Shown: positions 15,796 through 24,564, counted from the stretch's first letter. The stretch: 32,000 bases of DNA from Corynebacterium glutamicum ATCC 13032 (GCF_000011325.1 NC_003450.3:1500001-1532000), one strand, 5' to 3'. Translations and numbers: made by a program. Notes: a model not told the origin generated them from the letters alone.

Positions 15796-16998
15796 CTAGT
15801 TCACCTCGTCGTCGATGACGATTCCCTGCGCGAGCAGTTGGGTAATCGAGCAGGAATTAGATGCGGCCCGAAGTGAAGCACTGTCAGCATCGCTGAGGTT
15901 GCCGATCAAAGAGATCTTTCGGCGGAGTTTGATCTGGCCGTGGTCGGCTGATTGTTCCTGGGAGATCGTCACTTTGACATCGTCAAGGCCTTTGATGCGG
16001 TTGTCGATGGCTGCTTGTTTGATCGTTTGAGAGTTTGCAGCAGCAAGCGCGGAAACCAGCAGGGAAGTAGGGGTGAAGCCGAGGTTTTTGCCACCCTGGG
16101 ATTTGTCGCGGTCGGTGATGAAATTGTGACCACCGGTGCGGATGGCTGCGCCGTATTTGCTGGCTTTGATGGTTGAGGCTTCGGCGACAAACTCCGGAAG
16201 ATCCTCACAGACGTTTTCTGGAACCAGGTAGGGCTCGACCCAGTTCGCGATGATCCGGGCTGCACGCTGTGCGGTGCCATCTTTGGTGAGCAGGTGATCT
16301 GCCTTGTCCAAAGTCATCAAGGATTTAGGGTAGCGAGTGACTCTGAAGATGAGCTGCGCGTTGTCCACGCCGACGGTTTGGTCGGTGGGGGAATGCAGTA
16401 AAAGCAGTGGTTTGCGGAGCCTGCGGAGGTGATCTTCGGGGTTGACCTCTGCAAGGTCTTCGAGGAATTCGCGGGAAATGGTGACATCCCGGCCTCCGAG
16501 CTGCAGAGTGACAGCACCTTGATCATCTACATCACATATGCGATCAGCAAAGTGCAGGACTGCGTGCGCAGGATCAAAAGGTGCACCTATCGTTGCTACT
16601 GCTTTGAGGCAGGAGATTTTGGTGGCAGCTTTCAGTGATGCTGCACCACCCAAGGAGTGTCCAATGAGCAACTGTGGAGCGGAGTAGTGTTCCGTCAACC
16701 ACTGCGAGGCCGCCACGATATCGTCCACATTGGAGTTGAAGGTGGTTTTGGAGAAGTCACCTTCTGATTGGCTCAGTCCTGGGAAATCGAAACGCAGGCA
16801 GGCGACGCCGGATTCTGCGAGTGTTTTACTGACTCGCGCGGCGGCTGGCGTGAACCGTGAGCCGGTGAAACAGTGGGCAAACATTGCATAGGCAATGGGA
16901 TCTGTATCTGGAAGATCTAACGTCGCGGCCATCATCAACCCTTGTGATGATGGCACCTTCACGCTAACTGAATGCACCGGGAGCAAACCTTTCGACAA
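15796..16998 (-). CDS. Fusion protein: alpha/beta hydrolase (N-terminal) plus OsmC-like domain (C-terminal)
   Basis: 400 aa. The hydrolase half has the nucleophile elbow GHSLGG, with SPTDQ and ADHLL as the likely Asp and His of the triad. The C-terminal ~140 aa are OsmC/Ohr-like ([17 protein letters not shown] ... SNSCSITQLL). Confidence 0.85.
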   Translation of the reverse strand: MSKGLLPVHSVSVKVPSSQGLMMAATLDLPDTDPIAYAMFAHCFTGSRFTPAAARVSKTLAESGVACLRFDFPGLSQSEGDFSKTTFNSNVDDIVAASQWLTEHYSAPQLLIGHSLGGAASLKAATKISCLKAVATIGAPFDPAHAVLHFADRICDVDDQGAVTLQLGGRDVTISREFLEDLAEVNPEDHLRRLRKPLLLLHSPTDQTVGVDNAQLIFRVTRYPKSLMTLDKADHLLTKDGTAQRAARIIANWVEPYLVPENVCEDLPEFVAEASTIKASKYGAAIRTGGHNFITDRDKSQGGKNLGFTPTSLLVSALAAANSQTIKQAAIDNRIKGLDDVKVTISQEQSADHGQIKLRRKISLIGNLSDADSASLRAASNSCSITQLLAQGIVIDDEVN

Positions 16999-17169
16999 AG
17001 CTATTTCATCATCACTTTATGCATATCTTTCGCGCAGGTCACCATGCGTGCGGTATGTCGTTGCACAACTCTTACCCACCAGTGCAATGTAGGTCACGTC
17101 GTATCACGTCTGAGGGTGATTGAGTAGGGTTAAACAGATGAATTCATTTAGCTCACCGGAGGTATAACC

Positions 17170-19461
17170 GTGGCCGGTTTTGATTGGTTTTGGAAGGCCC
17201 TTGGCGGCAAATCGGGCAGAAACCAAAAACGTAGCGTGGCAATTGTCAATCAGGTAGAAAACCATGCAGCGGAATTAGACGCGCTGGATGATGTTGCATT
17301 GGCGCAGCGTGCCAAGGATCTAGCCAGTGGTGGACGCATTGACAATCATGCGGAATTCCTCGCCATTTTGGGTGTGGCATCGCAGCGGACATTGGGGCTG
17401 AAGCCGTATCCGGTGCAATCACAGGCGGTGTTGCGTCTCATTGAAGGCGATGTGGTGCACATGGCTACCGGTGAGGGCAAGACTTTGGTGGGCGCGATGG
17501 CGGCCACCGGTCTGGGGTTGATGGGCAAGCGAGTCCATTCGATTACCGTCAATGATTATTTGGCGGTGCGCGATGCCGAATGGATGCGGCCATTGGTCGA
17601 ATTTTTCGGTCTGAGCGTGGCGAGCATCAGCGAGAAGATGGATGCAGGGGAGCGTCGACAAGCATATAAAGCCGCAATTGTCTACGGACCTGTCAATGAA
17701 ATCGGCTTTGACGTGCTGCGTGATCAGCTAATTACCCGGCGCGAAGACGCCGTGCAGCATGGCGCCGACGTCGCGATTATCGATGAGGCCGATTCCGTGC
17801 TTGTCGACGAGGCCCTGGTGCCACTCGTCCTCGCCGGCAACCAGCCCGGCCATGCGCCGCGCGGCAAAATCACCGATGTGGTGCGCTCGTTGAAAGAAAA
17901 CGACGATTACACCATCGACGATGATCGTCGCAACGTCTTCCTCACCGACAAGGGTGCCGCCAAATTAGAGCAGCAGCTGGGCATCAGCAGCCTCTACGAC
18001 GATGAGCACGTCGGCTCGACGCTCGTGCAGGTCAACCTCGCCCTCCACGCGCAGGCACTGCTCATCCGCGACATCCACTACATCGTCCGCGACAGCAAGG
18101 TCTTGCTTATCGACGCCTCCCGCGGCCGTGTCGCCGACCTGCAGCGCTGGCCCGACGGCCTGCAAGCAGCAGTGGAGGCCAAGGAAGGTCTCGCGGTTTC
18201 TGAAGGCGGCAAGATCCTTGACACCATCACACTTCAGGCGTTGATTGGTCGCTACCCAATGGCATGCGGCATGACAGGTACCGCCGTGGAGGCAACCGAT
18301 CAGCTACGCACCTTCTATGACTTGCATGTTTCTGTCATTGAGCGCAATCATCCGCTGAAGCGCTTTGATGAAGCTGACCGTATCTACGCCACCATGGCGG
18401 AGAAAAACCGCGCCATCATCGATGAAATCGCACTCCTTCACAGCACGGGGCAGCCAGTCCTGGTGGGTACCCACGATGTGGCAGAGTCGGAAGAACTCGC
18501 CACTGCACTGCGTGAACTCAACATCGAAGTAAGCGTTCTCAACGCCAAGAATGATGCCGAAGAAGCCCAGATCATCGCAGAGGCTGGCGATATTGGACGA
18601 GTGACCGTTTCCACTCAGATGGCCGGCCGCGGTACCGATATTCGCCTCGGTGGCGCCGATGAAGCCGACTACGATGAAGTGGTGAAACTCGGTGGACTCG
18701 CCGTTATCGGCACCGCCCGCCACCGTTCTCAGCGCCTGGACAACCAGCTGCGCGGACGTGCGGGACGACAAGGAGATCCAGGCCTGAGCCTTTTCTTTGT
18801 CTCCCTCGATGATGATGTGGTGGTCTCAGGCGGGTCAGGGGAGAGCGTGAGCGCGCAACCCGATGCCACCGGGCTGATTGACTCAGATCGCATCCGCGAT
18901 TGGGTCGGACACTGCCAGCGCGTCACCGAAGGACAGCTGCTGGAAATCCACTCCCAGAGCTGGAATTACAACAAGCTCCTTGCCGATCAACGCGTGATCA
19001 TTGACGAGCGCCGCGAACGCCTCCTCGACACCGCCTTAGCGTGGGAGGAACTGGCACAGCATGCACCAGCGCGGGCTGCAGAGCTTGAAGACCTTGATCA
19101 GTCCGTGAGGGAACAGGCAGCACGAGACATCATGCTGTACCACCTCGATTACAACTGGTCAGAGCACCTCGCGTTGATGGATGATGTCCGCGAATCCATT
19201 CACCTGCGCGCCATCGCCAGGGAAACCCCCCTTGATGAATACCACCGCATCGCTGTGCGTGAATTCAAGGATTTGGCACAACGCGCTGTCGATGATGCGG
19301 TGTCCACGTTCAAGTCTGTGACCATCGATCACGAGGGTGCCCATTTGGATGATGAGGGCTTGGCGCGTCCATCAGCAACGTGGACCTACATGGTCTCTGA
19401 CAACCCACTTGCGGGTAGTGGTAACTCAGTGATCAGTGGCATAGGAAATATCTTTAGATAA
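17170..19461 (+). CDS. secA2: Accessory preprotein translocase ATPase SecA2
   Basis: 763 aa with SecA DEAD-motor motifs (MATGEGKTL, IIDEADSVLVDEA, TQMAGRGTDI). It is shorter than SecA1 and lacks the C-terminal Zn-finger tail. GTG start with GGAGG 8 nt upstream. It sits next to odhI, as I recall for C. glutamicum. Confidence 0.92.
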   Translation: MAGFDWFWKALGGKSGRNQKRSVAIVNQVENHAAELDALDDVALAQRAKDLASGGRIDNHAEFLAILGVASQRTLGLKPYPVQSQAVLRLIEGDVVHMATGEGKTLVGAMAATGLGLMGKRVHSITVNDYLAVRDAEWMRPLVEFFGLSVASISEKMDAGERRQAYKAAIVYGPVNEIGFDVLRDQLITRREDAVQHGADVAIIDEADSVLVDEALVPLVLAGNQPGHAPRGKITDVVRSLKENDDYTIDDDRRNVFLTDKGAAKLEQQLGISSLYDDEHVGSTLVQVNLALHAQALLIRDIHYIVRDSKVLLIDASRGRVADLQRWPDGLQAAVEAKEGLAVSEGGKILDTITLQALIGRYPMACGMTGTAVEATDQLRTFYDLHVSVIERNHPLKRFDEADRIYATMAEKNRAIIDEIALLHSTGQPVLVGTHDVAESEELATALRELNIEVSVLNAKNDAEEAQIIAEAGDIGRVTVSTQMAGRGTDIRLGGADEADYDEVVKLGGLAVIGTARHRSQRLDNQLRGRAGRQGDPGLSLFFVSLDDDVVVSGGSGESVSAQPDATGLIDSDRIRDWVGHCQRVTEGQLLEIHSQSWNYNKLLADQRVIIDERRERLLDTALAWEELAQHAPARAAELEDLDQSVREQAARDIMLYHLDYNWSEHLALMDDVRESIHLRAIARETPLDEYHRIAVREFKDLAQRAVDDAVSTFKSVTIDHEGAHLDDEGLARPSATWTYMVSDNPLAGSGNSVISGIGNIFR

Positions 19462-19600
19462 CCTGAGAACTATGAAATTCCAGCTCACGGCGTTTTTTCA
19501 GGAAATTCTAGGATCTTACGGAGGGTAACTCCGCACTCAACATCTAGACAAAGGCTATGATGAAAATCGTTAAGAATAATGTCGACACGGAGGAAGTTTA

Positions 19601-20032
19601 ATGAGCGACAACAACGGCACCCCGGAGCCACAGGTCGAGACCACCTCAGTATTCCGCGCTGATCTACTGAAGGAAATGGAGTCGAGCACCGGTACTGCTC
19701 CAGCCTCCACAGGAGCTGAAAACCTTCCTGCAGGATCTGCTCTTCTTGTAGTCAAGCGTGGACCAAATGCAGGCGCTCGATTCCTTCTGGACCAGCCAAC
19801 CACGACCGCTGGTCGTCACCCAGAAAGTGACATCTTCCTTGATGATGTCACCGTTTCACGTCGCCACGCAGAGTTCCGCATCAATGAAGGTGAATTTGAA
19901 GTCGTGGACGTAGGGTCCCTCAACGGAACCTACGTTAACCGCGAGCCACGCAACGCTCAGGTCATGCAGACCGGTGATGAGATCCAGATTGGCAAGTTCC
20001 GCCTGGTTTTCCTCGCAGGCCCTGCTGAGTAA
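19601..20032 (+). CDS. odhI: FHA-domain regulator OdhI (GarA orthologue), inhibitor of 2-oxoglutarate dehydrogenase
   Basis: 143 aa. The N-terminal ETTSVFRADL carries the Thr14/Thr15 phosphosites, and the C-terminal FHA domain includes GRHPESDIFLDDVTVSRRHAEF. GGAGGA SD. Confidence 0.95.
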   Translation: MSDNNGTPEPQVETTSVFRADLLKEMESSTGTAPASTGAENLPAGSALLVVKRGPNAGARFLLDQPTTTAGRHPESDIFLDDVTVSRRHAEFRINEGEFEVVDVGSLNGTYVNREPRNAQVMQTGDEIQIGKFRLVFLAGPAE

Positions 20033-20079
20033 AAACACTTCCTAGGAAAGTTCTTTGCAGTGTTTCACTGCAAACAGTG

Positions 20080-20115
20080 CGGTTGCAGGATACATACCTA
20101 TCTTGCAACCGTTTT
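20080..20115 (+). terminator. Intrinsic terminator after odhI
   Basis: 11-bp stem (cggttgcagga pairs with tcttgcaaccg, one G-U) with a 10-nt loop, followed by TTTT at 20112-20115. A second 9-bp hairpin lies at 20054-20074. Confidence 0.7.
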
Positions 20116-20189
20116 GTGTATAGAATGCCTAAAATAGTGGTACAAGTCCCTGTCCGCCCATTTAATTCACAGCAGGTAGCAGCAACATC

Positions 20190-20948
20190 GTGAGTGCACT
20201 CCGTAAAACATCCCCAAACGGCTCCATCGGCGCATCCGCCACCAGAACCGTTCCGGTGAAACCAACCAAGACTATGTCAATTGGTGTGGTACTTGAACGT
20301 CTAAACGCAGAGTTCCCCGATGTCACTGTGTCCAAAATTCGCTTCCTCGAATCAGAGGGGCTGATTACCCCTGAGCGAACCGCATCTGGATACCGCCGTT
20401 TTACGGAATCAGATGTGGAACGCCTCCGCTACATCCTGGTCACCCAGCGTGACAACTACCTTCCGCTGAAGGTCATCAGGGAACAGCTGGAAGCCATGGA
20501 CAACGGCTCTGTCACCGCCATCCTTGGTTCCTCCTCGGAGCCTTTGGTCAGCCCGGAGAAGTTTCAGGCACCTGCGATTACTCGCCTCACTGACTCTGAT
20601 GTGGCCGAAAAGGCTGGCGTCAACGTCGAATTGGTTGTTGATTTAGTCAACGCCCGATTGATTAAGCCGGACGCCGCCGGATTTTTCACCAACGATGACG
20701 TGGCGATCGCCAGCACCGCAGCTAGCCTGAAAGCAATGGGCTTTGATCTCCGTCGACTGAAATCCCTGGGAAATGCGGCATCGCGCCAGGCAGATCTTAT
20801 TTCCCAAGTGGCATCTCCGATTGCGCAGGGAAAAAGCGATGTTGCCCGCCAGCAAGCTGAAGAAATGGCACAACAAATGTGCTCCCTAGTTGTGTCAATG
20901 CACGCCTCCTTGGTGAAAAACGCAACTCGCGAGCAGCTTGGATACTGA
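20190..20948 (+). CDS. ftsR: MerR-family transcriptional regulator FtsR (Rv1828-like)
   Basis: 252 aa with the HTH MSIGVVLERLNAEFPDVTVSKIRFLESEGLITPERTASGYRRF. It occupies the conserved position directly after odhI/garA. The start is a GTG; an alternative ATG lies at 20274. Confidence 0.88.
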   Translation: MSALRKTSPNGSIGASATRTVPVKPTKTMSIGVVLERLNAEFPDVTVSKIRFLESEGLITPERTASGYRRFTESDVERLRYILVTQRDNYLPLKVIREQLEAMDNGSVTAILGSSSEPLVSPEKFQAPAITRLTDSDVAEKAGVNVELVVDLVNARLIKPDAAGFFTNDDVAIASTAASLKAMGFDLRRLKSLGNAASRQADLISQVASPIAQGKSDVARQQAEEMAQQMCSLVVSMHASLVKNATREQLGY

Positions 20949-20956
20949 TAGAAAAA

Positions 20957-21592
20957 ATGAGTTTTGTTGAACTTGAATTCCATGGCATTCACACCATGGA
21001 ACCAGATGGCTTTACCTGCGCGCTGTTCCGATGGGATGAAGGGAACAAAATCCTTCCCATCTGGATCGACGTTGATGACGCCCTAAAAATCCAGGCATAT
21101 CTCGCTGGATTCAACCCACGAAGGCCAACGGCACATGAATTGCTCGCGGAAGCATTCCAGCGCCTCACTCCGTGGGTAGCCAGCCTGCAGATCGTCTCCC
21201 ACTTTGAAGGCGTTTACATGGCTACCATCACTACCTCTGAAGATGAGCAATTTGATGCCCGCCCAAGCGATGTGATCATGCTGTCACAGCTGCTCGAGGT
21301 GCCAATTTCTATCGATGAGGAAATTCTGCAGCAAACTGCCTTCTATATCAATGATGAGGATATGGAGTCCATCTTTGACATCGTCATTGATCGCAGCAAG
21401 GCATCCGGACATCCTGATGGGGAATCTGCTTCAGGCGACGCTCAAGCAGATGCTGATTTCCAACAGTTGATGCAGAGCCTCGGCGTTTTTGAAGATGATC
21501 TCTTCAGCGCACCGGATTCTCCAGGCGACGGACTTGATGGCGACTTCGGCGAGGAAGGCCCCTCATCGGAAGAAAAGCCAGAGAATTCCTAA
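20957..21592 (+). CDS. DUF151 bifunctional-nuclease-domain protein (Rv1829-like) with an acidic C-terminal tail
   Basis: The core ILPIWIDVDDALKIQAYLAGFNPRRPTAHELL is typical of the DUF151/BFN domain. The ORF-track start at 20879 overlaps ftsR. The ATG at 20957 (MSFVELEF) is 8 nt after the ftsR stop and matches family N-termini. Confidence 0.82.
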   Translation: MSFVELEFHGIHTMEPDGFTCALFRWDEGNKILPIWIDVDDALKIQAYLAGFNPRRPTAHELLAEAFQRLTPWVASLQIVSHFEGVYMATITTSEDEQFDARPSDVIMLSQLLEVPISIDEEILQQTAFYINDEDMESIFDIVIDRSKASGHPDGESASGDAQADADFQQLMQSLGVFEDDLFSAPDSPGDGLDGDFGEEGPSSEEKPENS

Positions 21593-21605
21593 AATGTGAC
21601 TAATC

Positions 21606-21640
21606 ACACCCTCAGATTTCAACTTGCTGGGGGTGTTTTT
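21606..21640 (+). terminator. Intrinsic terminator after the DUF151 gene
   Basis: 10-bp stem (acaccctcag pairs with ctgggggtgt, one G-U) with an 11-nt loop, followed by TTTT. Confidence 0.65.
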
Positions 21641-21667
21641 GGCGTGTTAGCAGATTTTAGCTTGACT

Positions 21668-21688
21668 CTGGTCTAGGGTAGAGACCAG
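21668..21688. promoter_or_regulatory. Inverted repeat CTGGTCT-N7-AGACCAG upstream of the second MerR gene (candidate operator)
   Basis: Perfect 7-bp arms that start 1 bp after a TTGACT hexamer (21662-21667). A TAGAAT -10-like hexamer lies at 21711-21716. Confidence 0.35.
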
Positions 21689-21770
21689 ACTTATAGCTAA
21701 GTTGCATGCTTAGAATTAACACGCATGTTGTTTTGAATAAAACATGGGTGCTGAATAATCGGAGAAACTA

Positions 21771-22346
21771 GTGTACGAAGACAAGAACTACCAGGGAGAA
21801 ATCTTCAACGGTGTCCCTGTTCAGGAGACCTTATTTGAGGTCGGCCCTGACGAACAGGTCGGCTACCGCGTCCCAACAGCCTGCCAAGTTGCGGGGATCA
21901 CCTACCGCCAGCTGGATTACTGGGCACGCACCAAACTTGTCGTGCCAACCATTCGTGGTGCACGCGGATCAGGCTCTCAGCGCCTGTACTCCTTCAAGGA
22001 CATCCTTGTTCTGAAGATTGTTAAGCGGCTGCTGGACACCGGTATTTCTCTGCAGAACATTCGCCTCGCCGTGGATAAGCTCCGCGACATGGGCACCAAC
22101 GACCTGGCAGAGATCACCCTGGTTTCTGACGGCACCACCGTCTACGAGTGCCGATCCAACGAAGAGGTCATCGACTTGCTCGGTGGTGGACAGGGTGTAT
22201 TCGGCATTGCAGTTCCAGGCATCATGAAGGAACTCACCGGCGATATTTCTTCCTTCCCATCTGAGCGCATCGATGAGGAATTTCAGGCAGAGACCATCAA
22301 CTTTCAAGATGAGCTCGCAGCCCGCCGGAGCCGACGCACCTCCTAA
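21771..22346 (+). CDS. MerR-family transcriptional regulator (Rv1830-like)
   Basis: 191 aa with the HTH YRVPTACQVAGITYRQLDYWARTKLVVPT...RLYSFKDILVLKIVKRLLDTGISLQNIR. GTG start with GGAGAA SD. Confidence 0.88.
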   Translation: MYEDKNYQGEIFNGVPVQETLFEVGPDEQVGYRVPTACQVAGITYRQLDYWARTKLVVPTIRGARGSGSQRLYSFKDILVLKIVKRLLDTGISLQNIRLAVDKLRDMGTNDLAEITLVSDGTTVYECRSNEEVIDLLGGGQGVFGIAVPGIMKELTGDISSFPSERIDEEFQAETINFQDELAARRSRRTS

Positions 22347-22367
22347 AAACTCAGCGCAGTAAATCTT

Positions 22368-22415
22368 CAAGCCCGTGCACCGTAGGTCTCTCCGAACCTA
22401 TGGCGCACGGGCTTG
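22368..22415. terminator. Bidirectional terminator hairpin between convergent genes
   Basis: 19-bp stem (caagcccgtgcaccgtagg pairs with cctatggcgcacgggcttg) with one mismatch, one G-U and a 10-nt loop. Confidence 0.65.
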
Positions 22416-22428
22416 ATAGCTTTTGTGG

Positions 22429-22941
22429 CTATTGTTCCAACTCGCGTCGACGTTGTGCCGCAATGCGTAGGCGTGCTTCGCGTTCGCTTTGTTCCTTGCT
22501 GTGGAGTTCCTCAAAGAGTTTTTCATCGGCGTCATCTACTTTGAGCAAGAATCGCGCACCCGCGGAGGCCGCTCCGCCAAGGATGAACACAACCCAGAAA
22601 TATGGCACGTTGAAAACAAACAAGCCTAGGAAGAACGAGACCATCACGACAGCCCAAATGGCGGAGTCGATCTGCTTGAGCTTCTTTCCTCGCTGTAGGA
22701 CCAGGTCTAATTCTTTCTCGGTATCGTCTTGCACGGGTGTCACGGCGGTGCTTGCCTGTTGTTCGGGAAGATCTGTGAACAAGACATCTATTTCACCGGC
22801 TGTGCGTGCGATTGCTGCGGCGCCGGTTCGGGTATCGAATTCGTCGATGTCGAGGTATCCGTCTGCAAAATATGACCCAAGTCGGTCGAGGGCTTGGGAT
22901 CGCTCGATGTCGCCTATTCGTTGGTGAGCCCTGTCGTTCAT
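22429..22941 (-). CDS. DUF1707 (SHOCT-like) domain membrane protein
   Basis: The N-terminal RIGDIERSQALDRLGSYFADGYLDIDEFDTR is the DUF1707 signature. It is followed by two TM helices and a charged C-terminal helix. Confidence 0.8.
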   Translation of the reverse strand: MNDRAHQRIGDIERSQALDRLGSYFADGYLDIDEFDTRTGAAAIARTAGEIDVLFTDLPEQQASTAVTPVQDDTEKELDLVLQRGKKLKQIDSAIWAVVMVSFFLGLFVFNVPYFWVVFILGGAASAGARFLLKVDDADEKLFEELHSKEQSEREARLRIAAQRRRELEQ

Positions 22942-22990
22942 AGTTCAAGTATAAACACGTTTTCGAGTGCTGCCGGTGGTGCGAAAATCC

Positions 22991-23037
22991 AAAACTCCCA
23001 TTTTGACAAGTGTTCATTGTCCAAATGGGAGTTTTTT
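22991..23037 (-). terminator. Intrinsic terminator after the vWA gene
   Basis: The stem aaaactcccattt/aaatgggagtttt has a 9-bp GC-containing core plus A/U extension and a 19-nt loop. On the minus strand it is followed by GGATTTT. Confidence 0.7.
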
Positions 23038-23048
23038 CAGCGGTCGGC

Positions 23049-24500
23049 TTAGAGTCCGAATGCCTCGCGGAGAGCTGCATCGATCTGCTCGGTGGTTGTT
23101 GCCTGCGTAGCGGTGCCGTTGTGGCTGGTGGCGAAATCACTGAGCACGGAATCCACTGGATCGTGGCCTACATGAACAACGTGGAGTGAGATGTTGTCTG
23201 CGAATGCGGCGCTGAGATCATTCAAGAATGCTTCGTCGGTGTATTCACCAGCTGAGCCTGAGGTCACGATGACAACGCGCATTGGCTGTCCATCGGGGGA
23301 GCCTTCCTTGGCGATCTGGGTTGCAGCAACGACAGAAGCGCGGGTCAGCGGAACGCCACCGGTGCCGAGGCGAACAACTGCGCCGGCAGAGTTTTCTCCA
23401 CTGGAGGAATCAGGGAAGGAAACGTTTGCGCGCCATCCCTTGGTGACTCCTGGGTTGAGTGGGGAAGAGTAGTTGTTTAGTGCTACCTGGTTGCCCTGTG
23501 CACCAGTTTCGCGGGCGAGGTTGGCCAGAGTCCGGGAAGTAACCGTGTGGTAGGTTTCCTGGCTGCCGTCAACAACTCGATCCATGTTGGATGAGGTATC
23601 CAGGTTGATGATGGTATCGGATGGGGAAGCAGCGGCGGGCTCGACCGGGGTCTCGCTTGGTTGCGCCTCAGTAGTTTCTGCCGCGGATTCGCTTGAAGCT
23701 TGGGTGAGAACACTTTCAAGCGCGGAGTTATCGGCGTTGCCGGTGTCGAAGCTGAAGCTACTGAAATCAGAGGCGGCGCGGGCTTGGTCTTCAGAGATAC
23801 CGTTTCCAGCGTTGATGGCAACAGCCCACACAGGTACTTCTGCGCTGTCTACTGCTTCAAAGGTGTAGCCCTCTGGAAGTTCTGCTCCTTCAACGGTGGC
23901 AAACGCAGGGGAGTCGGCAGCTCCAGTTGCGGTGACATCGGCGTCACGGTTGAGCGCAGCAGCGGCAGCTTCTGGGGTTTCAGCCAGCGCCAGCGCTACG
24001 GCTGCGGATGCTCCGGAGTTAGTGGCAACGGGAAGAGCTACCTGGTCAAGGGTGATTGTTGAGGCGTCGGTGCCTGAAGCAGCTGCGAGGCCTGCCTGTG
24101 CGGAGCCAACCTGGGGCCAAGAGCTTTCAGAGCTGCTTGCTACGGCACCGGTTTCAGCAAGTGCGGTGGCAGCATCAGAACGAGAACCAGCGAACAGGTA
24201 CGTGGCAGCGGGGACGTTGCCGTCCACAGCTTCCGCCTCAACACAGAAATCACGGCTGACAGGTGATGAGTCATTAAATTTGTTCACTAATTCTTCGGCT
24301 GCGGTGGAATCGCCACCAACGGGCAGACTCAAGTTTCCGGAGATGCACTCTTGTGAGGTGGTCGTGGTGGAGCCAGAATCATCTGAACGGTTAAAAAGCC
24401 ACACCACAAGTGCCACGATGAGAGCGACGATGGCAATCAACGCAATGGTTAGCGATTTAGATAACCTTAAGTTTGAATTCCCACTTGAATGGCGTGCCAC
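23049..24500 (-). CDS. Membrane-anchored protein with an Ala/Ser/Thr-rich extracytoplasmic region and a C-terminal vWA-like domain
   Basis: 483 aa with one N-terminal TM helix (LTIALIAIVALIVALVVWLF). A near-MIDAS sequence INLDTSSNM and the strand pattern MRVVIVTSGSAGEY are present. It resembles the substrate-binding plus VWA proteins of actinobacteria. Confidence 0.7.
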   Translation of the reverse strand: MARHSSGNSNLRLSKSLTIALIAIVALIVALVVWLFNRSDDSGSTTTTSQECISGNLSLPVGGDSTAAEELVNKFNDSSPVSRDFCVEAEAVDGNVPAATYLFAGSRSDAATALAETGAVASSSESSWPQVGSAQAGLAAASGTDASTITLDQVALPVATNSGASAAVALALAETPEAAAAALNRDADVTATGAADSPAFATVEGAELPEGYTFEAVDSAEVPVWAVAINAGNGISEDQARAASDFSSFSFDTGNADNSALESVLTQASSESAAETTEAQPSETPVEPAAASPSDTIINLDTSSNMDRVVDGSQETYHTVTSRTLANLARETGAQGNQVALNNYSSPLNPGVTKGWRANVSFPDSSSGENSAGAVVRLGTGGVPLTRASVVAATQIAKEGSPDGQPMRVVIVTSGSAGEYTDEAFLNDLSAAFADNISLHVVHVGHDPVDSVLSDFATSHNGTATQATTTEQIDAALREAFGL

Positions 24501-24564
24501 GTTTCTCCCTCGCTGTATTCCCCGAAAATCCGGACCAGAAACCTACATTGACAAGTCTAATTTT

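Noticed and set aside
15396-15818. 140-aa plus-strand ORF opposite the YchJ-like gene
   Set aside because: The minus-strand frame carries the SEC-C motif and is coupled to the upstream gene. The plus-strand frame is Gly/Ala-rich with no recognisable features.
20879-20956. ORF-track start of the DUF151 gene 70 nt inside ftsR
   Set aside because: The extension is not family-like. The ATG at 20957, just after the ftsR stop, gives the N-terminus expected for DUF151 proteins.
22400-22927. 175-aa plus-strand ORF opposite the DUF1707 gene
   Set aside because: The minus-strand frame has the DUF1707 signature and TM helices. The plus-strand frame is Ser/Arg-rich and starts inside the terminator hairpin.
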